The notes beneath the pieces are model-generated. The model was not told the origin of the DNA. It saw only the letters and a list, made by a program, of their open reading frames with translations, and ran no database searches. From Actinomycetes bacterium (GTDB lineage Bacteria > Actinomycetota > Acidimicrobiia > Acidimicrobiales > JABEUL01), in the NCBI GenBank assembly GCA_021852345.1, contig JAJZNL010000036.1, positions 99,940 to 163,939 on the forward strand: DNA of 64,000 nt. Direction: 5' to 3'. Below are positions 47,848-57,805 of the stretch, in pieces. The position numbers and the translations under genes were made by a program. How positions within the stretch are numbered: position 1 is the stretch's first letter; the number at the start of each line of letters is the position of its first letter.

Positions 47848-49268
47848 TTCTTAATAGTAGGTACTTCCAGTATAAAACGAGCCCCGTGGTTTGGGCTAGC
47901 AAGCGATGAGGCTTCAAGAGTAATGTTCATCTTATTTGCAAGTTCTTTTGCAATCGTTAGTCCTAATCCCGAACCGGAAATGTTTGAGGGCTGTGCTTTT
48001 GATCGATAATATTTGTTGAAAATATGGGATATATCCGAAGCCGGTATTCCCGGTCCGTCGTCGGTTATGTATATCTGTACTCTATTGCCGGGCCCAGACA
48101 TCATGCATTTAATTTCGATTGTGGAGTCTGCATATTTCGATGCATTGTCAACAATATTGGAGATAATCTGCTTGAATCGATCCGTATCCAACATCGCATT
48201 TACATTAAAATCTCCTATGTCTGCAATAATATTTAAATGCCTGTCAGATATGGATTTTGCCCTTTTAAATCCTTCGACAATTTCGGTTAACTTTACAGAA
48301 ACGTTTTCGGGGGCCAAACTAACAGCAAACTGAGCACTTTCCAGTTTCGCCAAGTTTAAAATGTCTTGAACTAGTCTTTGCAGTCTTATTGCTTGGTTCT
48401 TGATAATAATCGCATCGTTTTTAACGTTATCTGAGATATCATCGGCTATGGCTTCGGCATAGCCGAGTATCGAAGTTAAAGGAGTATTTAAATCGTGAGA
48501 TATGTCTAGGAAAAATTCTCTTTCCATCTGCTTACTTGATTCCAACGACGAAGCCATCTGATTTATTGCTTGAGAAAGTTCTTTTAGTTCGTCAAAGTCC
48601 TTGGGCTCAATGGGCACTCTAGCTGACAGGTCGCCTTTTGAGATGTCATCGGTGGTTTTTGCCACCGTTATTAGCGGTTTGGATATTCGTGTACTCAGGT
48701 ACAAAGCTATGATTCCTGCAATGACTAGAGATACCAGTGCGGCAAACAAGAAATAGCCGGCATTGGGAAATATCGGTTCAATGCTTCGGATCAAAATTAC
48801 AACGGGTGTATTGTTTTGAAAAAGCCTTATCGATAAGTTAGTTTTCTGTAGCGGTATTGCAGCAAATGCCGAGCTATTCCCGATTAAACCCGATTGAGGT
48901 TTTCCGGCAAGTAATTCGTTAATTTGCAACATCGAATAAGTGATGTTTTTAGGTAAGGTTCCTTTAACTATCTGTCCGCTCGGATCAAATAGCACTAGGT
49001 CTGCGTTGTCGGCTCGTTCAAAAATCTTAATCCTAATTAAAAGCTTGTTAAGGCAAGCTGATGAACCAGTATTTCTCCTGCAGCTATTTAGTGCGAATAG
49101 TGTCGCTCTGTTATCAAACTGCTTAATTAGAGATGTTGCCGCAGCAGTTGCTTGTCTTCGTGCCGTTAGGCTGGCCTGTCGACGCGACAACAGATAGCCC
49201 CCGAATCCCGAAAGGACTAACGCAAAAAGGGTGACGCCTATGAAAGCGTAGAGCAGTCTTTTCTTCAT
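47844..49268 (-). CDS. HAMP-domain sensor histidine kinase (BaeS-like)
   Basis: Two TM helices, HAMP, H-box DISHDLNTPLTSILGYAE, N-box, DDGPGI, GSGLGL. Confidence 0.92.
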   Translation of the reverse strand: MKKRLLYAFIGVTLFALVLSGFGGYLLSRRQASLTARRQATAAATSLIKQFDNRATLFALNSCRRNTGSSACLNKLLIRIKIFERADNADLVLFDPSGQIVKGTLPKNITYSMLQINELLAGKPQSGLIGNSSAFAAIPLQKTNLSIRLFQNNTPVVILIRSIEPIFPNAGYFLFAALVSLVIAGIIALYLSTRISKPLITVAKTTDDISKGDLSARVPIEPKDFDELKELSQAINQMASSLESSKQMEREFFLDISHDLNTPLTSILGYAEAIADDISDNVKNDAIIIKNQAIRLQRLVQDILNLAKLESAQFAVSLAPENVSVKLTEIVEGFKRAKSISDRHLNIIADIGDFNVNAMLDTDRFKQIISNIVDNASKYADSTIEIKCMMSGPGNRVQIYITDDGPGIPASDISHIFNKYYRSKAQPSNISGSGLGLTIAKELANKMNITLEASSLASPNHGARFILEVPTIKN

Positions 49269-49271
49269 AAA

Positions 49272-49976
49272 TTAACCGAATCGGTATCCGACCCCCCAAA
49301 TCGTATGTAAAAGATCCGAGTGATCGGACAGTTTTTTTCTTATTTGTCTAATATGAACGTCTACAGTCCTTTCGTCTCCGAACCAATTGTCGCCCCATAT
49401 CGAATCTAATAGTTGCTGTCGAGAAAATACTACTCCTTTGTTTTGAGCAAAATGAGCTAACAAGTCGAATTCTTTTGCGGCAAGTTGAATATTTTGCCCT
49501 TTTAGGGTAACTTCTCTTGCAACTAGATCAATTCTAAGGGAGTTGAATTCCAATATCTGTTGGCTTTCGTGTTTATCGCTCGTTCTTCTGGTAATCGCTT
49601 TAATTCGAGCAACTAATTCTCTCGGAGAAAACGGTTTTGAGATATAGTCATCGGCGCCTAGCTCCAAACCCATAATTCGATCAATCTCGTCATCTCGCGC
49701 TGTAAGCAAAATGATTGGCAAAGACGAATTAAGTCGTATCTGTTTAAGTAACTCCAATCCGTCTTCGTCGCCCGCCAAACCTATATCCAATATTGCAAGC
49801 ATGGGATTGCTCGCAGCTATCAGTTCTTTGGCCCTTTTGGCATTATTGCATTGGAGAACTCTATAGTCGGCTTTGCGAAGATACAGATCAATAAGGTCAC
49901 TTATATTTGGGTCGTCCTCTACAACGATTACCGTTTTAGGCGTTGAAATCTTCGCAGTGTTGGAATCAATTGCCAT
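49272..49976 (-). CDS. OmpR/PhoB-family response regulator
   Basis: VVEDD, ILDIGL, LLTARDDEIDRIMGLELGADDYISKPFSPREL, winged helix ERTVDVHIRQIRKK..TIWGVGY. Confidence 0.95.
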   Translation of the reverse strand: MAIDSNTAKISTPKTVIVVEDDPNISDLIDLYLRKADYRVLQCNNAKRAKELIAASNPMLAILDIGLAGDEDGLELLKQIRLNSSLPIILLTARDDEIDRIMGLELGADDYISKPFSPRELVARIKAITRRTSDKHESQQILEFNSLRIDLVAREVTLKGQNIQLAAKEFDLLAHFAQNKGVVFSRQQLLDSIWGDNWFGDERTVDVHIRQIRKKLSDHSDLLHTIWGVGYRFG

Positions 49977-50356
49977 ATTATATTATATGACTGAGTGACT
50001 TTATTTTAAGTGGATCTGAACGTATTTTCTATTGAGGTGTATCAAAGTCAATTATGCAAGATCTATTAACTGAATTGCATCAGCAAATATGAAAATAAAT
50101 TTACCAAATAAAATTTACGTCATTTCGGTAAATAGCTCATAACTTATTGTCTACTGCTTAAGTGTCGGCGGCATTGAAATTATGCATAAATTATAGTAAT
50201 ATTTAATGAATCGGTAGGCTTTAGGTTTTAGGAATAAGTAAGGTAATATTTTTACAAAACAACTTGACGTTCTTGACGTTTAGAGTGTAGTCATTTATCG
50301 ATTTTGTAATCGTAGGCTATATTAAGTTTAAGCTTCGATAATTATGGGGCGGTTAA

Positions 50357-53300
50357 ATGGCGGTTAATAAAAAATATCTAAAGACGAAGCTCGTGCTGGT
50401 TTTTAAATCAACGTTAATGATGATTGTGGTGATCTTTTCTTTGGTCAATTTAAAAAGTAGCCCGCAATCTCTTCTGGGAATGAAAAATACCGCCGCCACG
50501 CTTCCATCTTGGCAGATTACGCAATCTTATCCTATGGCAGTATATACATTAAGCGACGTATCCTGTGCCTCATTAACGTTTTGCGAAGCTACTGGGGATA
50601 ACTATGCCGGAAATAATGTCGATTTATTGACTTACAACGGTTCGAATTGGTCGACACAGACCTTCCCGTCAGGTATTAATGAACTTACCAATATGTCATG
50701 CATTTCATCTACATTTTGCGGAGCAATAGGTGTATCTAATTTAGGTTCTTCTAGTCCTTTATTGTACAATGGTGCTACCTGGTCAACGCAGAATCTACCG
50801 TCAGGCGTCAGCAACGCTGTGTATCTATCTTGCGGTTCGTCAAGTTTTTGTGAAGTCAGTGCGACTTACAGTTCAGGCATGCCCGCAGCTCTAATGTTCA
50901 ATGGCTCGAGTTGGTCAACTCAGACCCTTCCGTCAGGTATTGTTGAATTGTCTAATATCTCATGCATCTTTTCAGGTTTTTGTGTGGCGATGGGAGCACT
51001 TAGCTCAGGCGTAGCGGTTGCTTTAACATACAATGGCTCGAGTTGGTCAACGCAGGCTTTACCGTCGGGTGTCAATCCGAGCAATCAACTATCATGTTCT
51101 TCATCGACCTTTTGTGCTACTTATGGGACAGACAGCTCAGGTAACCTAATTGCGCTAGTTTACAACGGGTCGGGTTGGTCAATCCAGAGCCTATCGTCAG
51201 AAATTCTTGATATCAACTCTATCTCATGTTCTTCATTGACCTTTTGTGTGGCTGTTGGGGATTTTCTAAACGGAAACAAAATGAATGGTTTAGCTCTTAT
51301 ATATAACGGGTCGACTTGGACAATACAGGCGCCTTCGCCGTCGTTATTTTTTCCTTCTACGGTGTCATGTACTTCATCGACCTTTTGCCAAGCTGGAGGT
51401 CCCAGTGATATTTCTTTGATGTACAACGGATCAACGTGGACAACTCAACCCTTATCTGCTGGATTCGTTAATCTGAACTCCGTATCGTGCAGTTCTAATT
51501 CTTTTTGCGAAGCTGTCGGACAAGACAGTTTAAACACCGCAGTTGCATTGATGTACAAAGGATCAACGTGGACAACACAAACTTTACCTTCAGGAAATGG
51601 TAGTCTAAAGGCAGTATCCTGTACTTCATCGACATTTTGCGAAGCTGTCGGACAGAATCAGTTGGGCGATCAAGTAGTATTGGCGTACAATGGATCAACG
51701 TGGTCAAATCTGGCCCTTCCGACGGGTATTGTTGAATTAAATAGCTTATCGTGTACTTCATCGACATTTTGTGAAGCTGTAGGGTACTCTGTTTCTGGGG
51801 TTACACTAGAAGGTGTAGTCGTAGTTTACAAAGGATCAACGTGGACAACACAAACTTTACCTTCGGGAAATAGTAATCTAGAGGCGGTATCCTGTACTTC
51901 ATCGACATTTTGCGAAGCCGTGGGATACTCTGTTTCTGGCCCTTCCGAAGGTGTAATTGTTGGCTACAACGGCTCGACATGGTCAAATCAGTCGTTGCCG
52001 ACGACAAGTGGTTACTTCACTGGAGTATCCTGCACCTCTTCGACCTTTTGTGAGGCAGTCGGCGCAACTTTTAACGGTTCGACGTGGTCAGCTCAGACTT
52101 TGCCACCGGCAAGTAACGGCGTCAATTCAATATCATGTGTATCATCGACTTTTTGCATGGCAGTTGGGAACTCTTCTGGTGCAACTTTTAACGGTTCGAC
52201 ATGGTCATCGGATTCAATGCCGACGGGAGTTTCTCACCTTAATTCTGTTTCGTGTGTTTCATCGACCTTTTGCCAGGCAATAGGGTTTACGGCATTAGAT
52301 GTTGTTATAGCTACTTACTCTCTGACTCCGTCTATAATGGGTCTGTCGCCAAATTCGGGACCCGCCTCAGGCGGAACGGCTGTTACTATTTCGGGAGCTA
52401 ACTTTAGCAATGCCGATACAGTTGATTTTGGAAATACTTCTGCCGTGTCTGTGAGTCATGATTCAGCTACTCAGCTTACTGCTGTGTCACCACCAGGTAC
52501 GGGTTCTGTTCTAGTTACGGTTGCATACGGCTCGCAAATATCCAACGGCATGTTGTTTGGTTACAATTCTCTTTACGTTCCTGTTTCTCCGACGCGAATC
52601 TGTGATACCAGGCCGGTAGGATTGGGTGTGGCCAGCAATCAATGCAATAACGGTGCTACCGGCGAAACTGGCCCGGTAGCTGGCAACCAAACCTTAAACA
52701 TTAATGTTCAGGGTACTTTCGGATCGGTGACCATACCTAACAATGCAACAGCGGTGGCTTTAAATATTACTGTCACTGGGACAACGCAAGCAGGAGGATT
52801 CTTAACCGTTTTTCCCAGCGGTGCCGCACAACCAAATACATCTGTTATAAATTTTGGGGCCAATGATTTCACTAACTTCGGGGCTAACGACACCGTTGCC
52901 AATCTAACTCAAGTTGGTATCGGGCAAAACGGACAGGTATCTATCTATAACTTTGTTGGGTCGACAAATGTAATAGTGGATTTAGAAGGGTATTATGCAC
53001 CGACCATGAGTACGACCGGTATGTTTGTTCCCATATCTCCGGTGAGAGTCTGCGATACGAGACCAGTTTCTGGCAGTACCGTTGCAAATCAGTGTAATCA
53101 AGGCGCAAATTCTACGATGAGTTCAAATTCGATTTTGACCGTGAATGTAGCGGGTTCGGGCTCTGGAGGTACGCTGGACGGTGTTCCCTCAAGCGCCACG
53201 GCCGTTATCGCAAACGTCACGGCAACCAATACAACACAAGCAGGAGGGTTTCTGACTATTTATCCCACTCCGTCGTCGACAACTTCGCCACCTACAGCTT

Positions 53301-53878
53301 CAAATCTTAACTTCGGTGCTGGCATGAGCATAGCTAATCGCGTAATTGTTCCTGTCGGAACAAACGGCGATATAAACATCTATAACTTCAACGGGTATAC
53401 AGACGTTATCGTTGATATTAACGGATATTTTACCGGCAGTTCCGTATCTACGGGTGTAACATTCAGTCCGATTGTTCCTACTAGGATATGCGATACAAGA
53501 TCGGCAAACGGTACCGCCGTGGTATCCAATCAATGCGATAACGGATCAGTATCTTCGGGCTCATTAATCCAACAGGGGACCAAATCGGTTCAGGTTACTG
53601 GTATATCCTCAATACCGTCTAATGCTGTTGCGGTAGTATTAAACGTTACGGTAACCAATACCAATTCCAACGGCGGATTTCTGACTATCTATCCTACTCC
53701 CGCTTCTCCTACATCTCCCCCGAACTGTTCAGATTTAAACTGGTCTACGGGCGAAACTATTGCCAATCAGGTTGTCATAAAAGTCGGAAGCTTGAATTCG
53801 GTCAATGTATTTAACTCACTGGGGTCAGCAGATCTAATTATTGATGTCATGGGGTATTATACCTATGCTTATGCTTAG
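50357..53878 (+). CDS. Secreted 1173-aa protein: 14 two-Cys repeats (probable beta-propellers), IPT/TIG domain, three C-terminal PxRxCDTR repeats
   Basis: Basic plus hydrophobic N-terminus; (V)SCxSxTFCxAVG...YNGSTWxxQTLP repeats; LSPNSGPASGGTAVTISGANF TIG; three VP.SP.R.CDTR...VIVD..GY units. Confidence 0.8.
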   Translation: MAVNKKYLKTKLVLVFKSTLMMIVVIFSLVNLKSSPQSLLGMKNTAATLPSWQITQSYPMAVYTLSDVSCASLTFCEATGDNYAGNNVDLLTYNGSNWSTQTFPSGINELTNMSCISSTFCGAIGVSNLGSSSPLLYNGATWSTQNLPSGVSNAVYLSCGSSSFCEVSATYSSGMPAALMFNGSSWSTQTLPSGIVELSNISCIFSGFCVAMGALSSGVAVALTYNGSSWSTQALPSGVNPSNQLSCSSSTFCATYGTDSSGNLIALVYNGSGWSIQSLSSEILDINSISCSSLTFCVAVGDFLNGNKMNGLALIYNGSTWTIQAPSPSLFFPSTVSCTSSTFCQAGGPSDISLMYNGSTWTTQPLSAGFVNLNSVSCSSNSFCEAVGQDSLNTAVALMYKGSTWTTQTLPSGNGSLKAVSCTSSTFCEAVGQNQLGDQVVLAYNGSTWSNLALPTGIVELNSLSCTSSTFCEAVGYSVSGVTLEGVVVVYKGSTWTTQTLPSGNSNLEAVSCTSSTFCEAVGYSVSGPSEGVIVGYNGSTWSNQSLPTTSGYFTGVSCTSSTFCEAVGATFNGSTWSAQTLPPASNGVNSISCVSSTFCMAVGNSSGATFNGSTWSSDSMPTGVSHLNSVSCVSSTFCQAIGFTALDVVIATYSLTPSIMGLSPNSGPASGGTAVTISGANFSNADTVDFGNTSAVSVSHDSATQLTAVSPPGTGSVLVTVAYGSQISNGMLFGYNSLYVPVSPTRICDTRPVGLGVASNQCNNGATGETGPVAGNQTLNINVQGTFGSVTIPNNATAVALNITVTGTTQAGGFLTVFPSGAAQPNTSVINFGANDFTNFGANDTVANLTQVGIGQNGQVSIYNFVGSTNVIVDLEGYYAPTMSTTGMFVPISPVRVCDTRPVSGSTVANQCNQGANSTMSSNSILTVNVAGSGSGGTLDGVPSSATAVIANVTATNTTQAGGFLTIYPTPSSTTSPPTASNLNFGAGMSIANRVIVPVGTNGDINIYNFNGYTDVIVDINGYFTGSSVSTGVTFSPIVPTRICDTRSANGTAVVSNQCDNGSVSSGSLIQQGTKSVQVTGISSIPSNAVAVVLNVTVTNTNSNGGFLTIYPTPASPTSPPNCSDLNWSTGETIANQVVIKVGSLNSVNVFNSLGSADLIIDVMGYYTYAYA
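50550..52290 (+). repeat. Fourteen ~40-47-aa tandem repeats, each with C-x5-C
   Basis: SCASLTFC, SCISSTFC, SCGSSSFC, SCIFSGFC, SCSSSTFC, SCSSLTFC, SCTSSTFC, SCSSNSFC, SCTSSTFC x4, SCVSSTFC x2. Confidence 0.88.
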
Positions 53879-54210
53879 AGGGTCGAAGCAATTCTAATGC
53901 GACGGACTTGGCTATTTGTATGATTTGACAGAATACGACTAGTCGCAAGCATGATTTCAGGTCCTTTTGGTTGTCGATTGTATGTTTGATGAATCATCAA
54001 TTTGTATTTGACGCATTTCAGGTCGACACTAAGAAGGTAGCCCATGCTATGGATAGATTACAAGCATATAATTAATTGGACTGTTTTGCAATTTCCGTCT
54101 TGAGTTTACATCTTATGATTTGTTGCTAACTTAGGGAACAATTTGTGTTCGGTTAAATTTAAGTTAAGTGAGAATATCCTGGCTTTATTATTTAATAGAC
54201 TTGATATGAA

Positions 54211-54987
54211 ATGAAAACATATCTGGACGAAATTATTAGGTGGCATTTAGATGAAAAAATAACTGCTGACTTAAATGAAAATGAAATTTTAAGAATTTCT
54301 TCGTCGACGTCACCTTCCAAATCATTTTCTTCTGCGATTATATCTCAGGAAAATATATCTGTTATTGCCGAAATCAAAAAAAAGTCACCCTCGTTGGGGT
54401 ATATAAACAAAGAGGTATTGGTAGGCAGACAAGCTCTTCGGTATAAGAGGGGAGGAGCGGCATGCATCTCGGTATTAACCGATGGCAACTTTTTTGACGG
54501 GAAAAATGAAGATCTTCTAACCGTACGATCGACCGTGGATTTGCCGATTTTGAGAAAAGACTTCGTGGTACGGCGATCAGATGTATTTGAATCTAAGGTT
54601 ATCGGAGCCGATGCAATCTTATTGATAGTGGCAGCTCTATCGGATTCGGATTTGAAGGAATTTATCTCATTAGCTAAAGAATTGAATATGGAGGCTTTAG
54701 TCGAAATCCATGATTTAAACGAACTCGACCGTGCCATTGATGCTCAAGCAGAAATAATAGGAGTCAACCAACGAGATCTATACACTTTCGAAGTCGACAG
54801 ATCGCGAGCTCTGAAATTAGCCGAACAGATTCCAAATACCCTTGTAAAAGTCGCAGAGAGCGGAATAAAAGACAGGTCAGATATAATTGAACTGGAGTCT
54901 GCCGGTTACGATGCGGTGTTGATTGGCGAGCTTTTGATGAAGTCTGAGGATTGCGAAGCCGAATTAAGAAATTTAATGGTTCGCTAA
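54211..54987 (+). CDS. trpC: Indole-3-glycerol phosphate synthase
   Basis: VIAEIKKKSPS, ISVLTD..FF.G, LPILRKDF, GADAILLIVAAL, IGVNQRDL, VAESGI, LIGELLM. Confidence 0.96.
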   Translation: MKTYLDEIIRWHLDEKITADLNENEILRISSSTSPSKSFSSAIISQENISVIAEIKKKSPSLGYINKEVLVGRQALRYKRGGAACISVLTDGNFFDGKNEDLLTVRSTVDLPILRKDFVVRRSDVFESKVIGADAILLIVAALSDSDLKEFISLAKELNMEALVEIHDLNELDRAIDAQAEIIGVNQRDLYTFEVDRSRALKLAEQIPNTLVKVAESGIKDRSDIIELESAGYDAVLIGELLMKSEDCEAELRNLMVR

Positions 54988-55047
54988 CACATCCGGTACT
55001 CACGATAAACTTTAAGTAGTGTTTAAGCTAAGCGAAGTGAGGCTGGG

Positions 55048-55713
55048 TTGTTTGTAAAAATCTGCGGTATTACCTCTGAGGAGGACGCGTTGTTTGCCGT
55101 ATCGATGGGTGCGGATTCGGTGGGCTTTATTTTAGCGCCTTCGCCGCGACAAATTTCGGCCGATGAGGTTGGTCACATAAGTAAAAGGATTCCTTCAGAG
55201 ATTATAACCGTCGGTGTTTTTAAAGACGAGCTTAAAGAGAATGTCGTCAAAATCGTTAACAAATTGGGCTTGTCTGGTGCTCAACTGCACGGTCATGAGA
55301 CCAAAGATGAGACTCAGTGGATAGCCGACAGAGTTCAGTTCGTAATAAAAGCATTTAAAGCCGGCCAGCCAATGGTAAAAGAATTCATAGATTACGGAGC
55401 GGATGCATTATTGTTGGATTCGCATGCACCGGGTTCGGGTAAAGTCTTTGATTGGAGTCTTGCCGAAGATGTTGAAGATAATTCTAGGCTTATATTGTCC
55501 GGAGGTCTTACTCCGGAAAATGTCGCTGACGGTATAGTGGCAACAAAGCCGTGGGGTGTTGATGTTTCTACGGGCGTGGAGAAAGCTCCCGGAATTAAAG
55601 ATCCTATTAAAGTGAAAGCATTTATCGAAGCAGCCCGATCTGTTAAGTTTGATGACGGGTTATCGCCAAACGGAGGCGATCTCTATGATTGGAGTAGAGA
55701 TGTCGATTTTTAG
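55048..55713 (+). CDS. trpF: Phosphoribosylanthranilate isomerase
   Basis: FVKICGIT, SPRQI, QLHGHE, LLLDS..PGSGKVFDW, LSGGLTPENV, GVDVSTGVEKAPGIKD. Confidence 0.95.
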   Translation: MFVKICGITSEEDALFAVSMGADSVGFILAPSPRQISADEVGHISKRIPSEIITVGVFKDELKENVVKIVNKLGLSGAQLHGHETKDETQWIADRVQFVIKAFKAGQPMVKEFIDYGADALLLDSHAPGSGKVFDWSLAEDVEDNSRLILSGGLTPENVADGIVATKPWGVDVSTGVEKAPGIKDPIKVKAFIEAARSVKFDDGLSPNGGDLYDWSRDVDF

Positions 55714-55731
55714 CTTGGGAAGTCGAAACCA

Positions 55732-56955
55732 GTGTCCGAAGATTTAAGTAAATATTTAGAGTCTTATACGCCTTTGTTGCCCGACGATAAAGGGAAATTC
55801 GGTCAGTTCGGTGGGAGGTTCGTCCCCGAATCTTTAGTAAACGCCTGTGAGCAGCTTCAAATTGCTTTTGATAAATTTTGGTCCGATCCTGAATTTAGAA
55901 ATGAGTATTTAAATCTGTTGCACTCATACGGTGGAAGACCTACGCCTATCACGTTTTGCGGAAATCTATCTGAACTATTAGGAATTAAGCTTTACCTAAA
56001 ACGGGAAGATTTAACTCACACAGGTAGTCACAAGATAAATAACGTAGTTGGACAGGCGTTACTGGCCAAAAGAATGGGCAAAACCCATTTGATAGCCGAA
56101 ACTGGCGCTGGTCAGCACGGTGTCGCTACTGCGACGGCAGCAGCACTTTTTGGACTTAAGTGTAAAGTCTATATGGGACAGGTTGATGCCAAAAGGCAGG
56201 AACTCAACGTATTTAGAATGAAACTTTTGGGTTCCGAAGTGCAAGAAGTGATTTCGGGTTCTATGACCCTTAAAGACGCAGTGAATGAAGCTATGCGCGA
56301 ATGGGTGTCTCGAGTGGATACTACTCATTATTGTTTAGGTTCAGTAATGGGCCCTCACCCGTTTCCTTATATGGTTAGAGAATTTCAAAGTATTCTGGGG
56401 AACGAAGCCAAAATACAGTTTAAGGAATTAACTGGCGATGATCCCGATTATGTTGTAGCGTGCGTGGGAGGCGGTTCTAACGCCGCTGGGACTTTTGCGG
56501 GTTTTATAAATACGGATTCCAAACTTGTTGGAGTAGAGGCCGCAGGCGGTGCGGCGCTCTCATACGGACGTACGGGTGTAGTGCACGGAATGACCTCTAA
56601 GTTGCTGCAGGATGAAACAGGTCAGATCAACGAAGCTCATTCGATATCGGCAGGTTTGGACTATCCGGGTGTGGGTCCAGAACATGCTTACCTACAAGAT
56701 ATAGATAGGGCGAGTTACGTTGCCGCTAACGACGAAGAGGTTTTGGAGGCATTTTTAATGCTCTCAAGAATGGAAGGCATAATTCCAGCGCTTGAAAGTG
56801 CGCACGGACTGGCATGGATAATCAGAGCCGCTAAAGCTGGTGAAATACCCAAAGATAAAACGGTACTTTTGACGCTTTCTGGGAGAGGGGACAAAGACGT
56901 GCAACAAGTCCTATCGATTCTGCAGCTTCGCAAAGACGAAAAAGGCAATTTTTAG
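55732..56955 (+). CDS. trpB: Tryptophan synthase beta chain
   Basis: FGGRFVPE, KREDLTHTGSHKINN, AETGAGQHGVA, VGGGSNA, SISAGLDYPGVGPEH, EGIIPALES, LSGRGDKD. Confidence 0.97.
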   Translation: MSEDLSKYLESYTPLLPDDKGKFGQFGGRFVPESLVNACEQLQIAFDKFWSDPEFRNEYLNLLHSYGGRPTPITFCGNLSELLGIKLYLKREDLTHTGSHKINNVVGQALLAKRMGKTHLIAETGAGQHGVATATAAALFGLKCKVYMGQVDAKRQELNVFRMKLLGSEVQEVISGSMTLKDAVNEAMREWVSRVDTTHYCLGSVMGPHPFPYMVREFQSILGNEAKIQFKELTGDDPDYVVACVGGGSNAAGTFAGFINTDSKLVGVEAAGGAALSYGRTGVVHGMTSKLLQDETGQINEAHSISAGLDYPGVGPEHAYLQDIDRASYVAANDEEVLEAFLMLSRMEGIIPALESAHGLAWIIRAAKAGEIPKDKTVLLTLSGRGDKDVQQVLSILQLRKDEKGNF

Positions 56956-57005
56956 TTTAGAGTTTTATAATTAAGTAAAAAATATTTGAGCTCCTTTAAT
57001 CTATC

Positions 57006-57788
57006 ATGAGACTTTCCGAATTAACAGCAAAAAAAACTTCTAATCAAAAGATACTTGTTCCGTACATAACAGCCGGGATTACTGACAACTGGGGAGATCT
57101 GGTACTTGCCGCAGCCGACGGGGGAGCCGATGCTGTTGAAATCGGTTTACCGTTTTCGGACCCTATGATTGACGGGAATATAATTCAGCTGGCCTATAAA
57201 AAGTCACTCGATGCCGGTTATAATACGCAACTTATATTGGATGGAATTAATTCGCTTAAAGACAGAGTGGGAATTCCTTTGATAGTCATGACATACTACA
57301 ACTTATTGTTTGCGAGAGGATTGGCTAAAGTCGCATTTGATTTATCTACGGTCGGAGTTGCCGGAACGATAGTTCCAGATCTGACAATCGAAGAGTTGGA
57401 TCCCTGGAGCAAAGAATCACAGGCAAATAATTTAGATAATGTGCTTTTGGTGGCTCCGTCTACTCCAAGGGCGAGAACCGCTCAGATAGCAAATCTTTCA
57501 ACGGGATTTATATACGCACTCGGGGTAATGGGAACCACCGGCATCAGAGATTCGCTGTCCCAAGACGCGATTGCAAATGTCACTAAAATAAAAGAACTCA
57601 CCGATAAGCCGGTTTTAATCGGAGTCGGCGTGTCAACACCCCAGCAGGCTCAGCAAGCAGTTCAATATTGCGATGGAGTAATTGTTGGCTCCGCTTTAGT
57701 AAAGCTTATATTGGACAAGCTTGACAAACCCGAATTACCTAAATTTGTCCAAAGCTTTGTCACAGACTTTAAAACAGCGATTGCCTAG
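57006..57788 (+). CDS. trpA: Tryptophan synthase alpha chain
   Basis: PYITAG, EIGLPFSDPMIDG, MTYYN, LVAPST, GTTG, GVGVST, DGVIVGSALV. Confidence 0.96.
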   Translation: MRLSELTAKKTSNQKILVPYITAGITDNWGDLVLAAADGGADAVEIGLPFSDPMIDGNIIQLAYKKSLDAGYNTQLILDGINSLKDRVGIPLIVMTYYNLLFARGLAKVAFDLSTVGVAGTIVPDLTIEELDPWSKESQANNLDNVLLVAPSTPRARTAQIANLSTGFIYALGVMGTTGIRDSLSQDAIANVTKIKELTDKPVLIGVGVSTPQQAQQAVQYCDGVIVGSALVKLILDKLDKPELPKFVQSFVTDFKTAIA

Positions 57789-57805
57789 TCCGAGAGAGCC
57801 GAAGT

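Noticed and set aside
51554-51918. Near-identical repeat pair as a DGR template/variable repeat
   Set aside because: The A/G differences go in both directions (A in copy 1 at three sites, in copy 2 at two), both copies are in frame within one gene, and no reverse transcriptase is in the window
53879-54210. trp attenuator or leader peptide
   Set aside because: No short ORF with tandem Trp codons and no terminator/antiterminator pair identified
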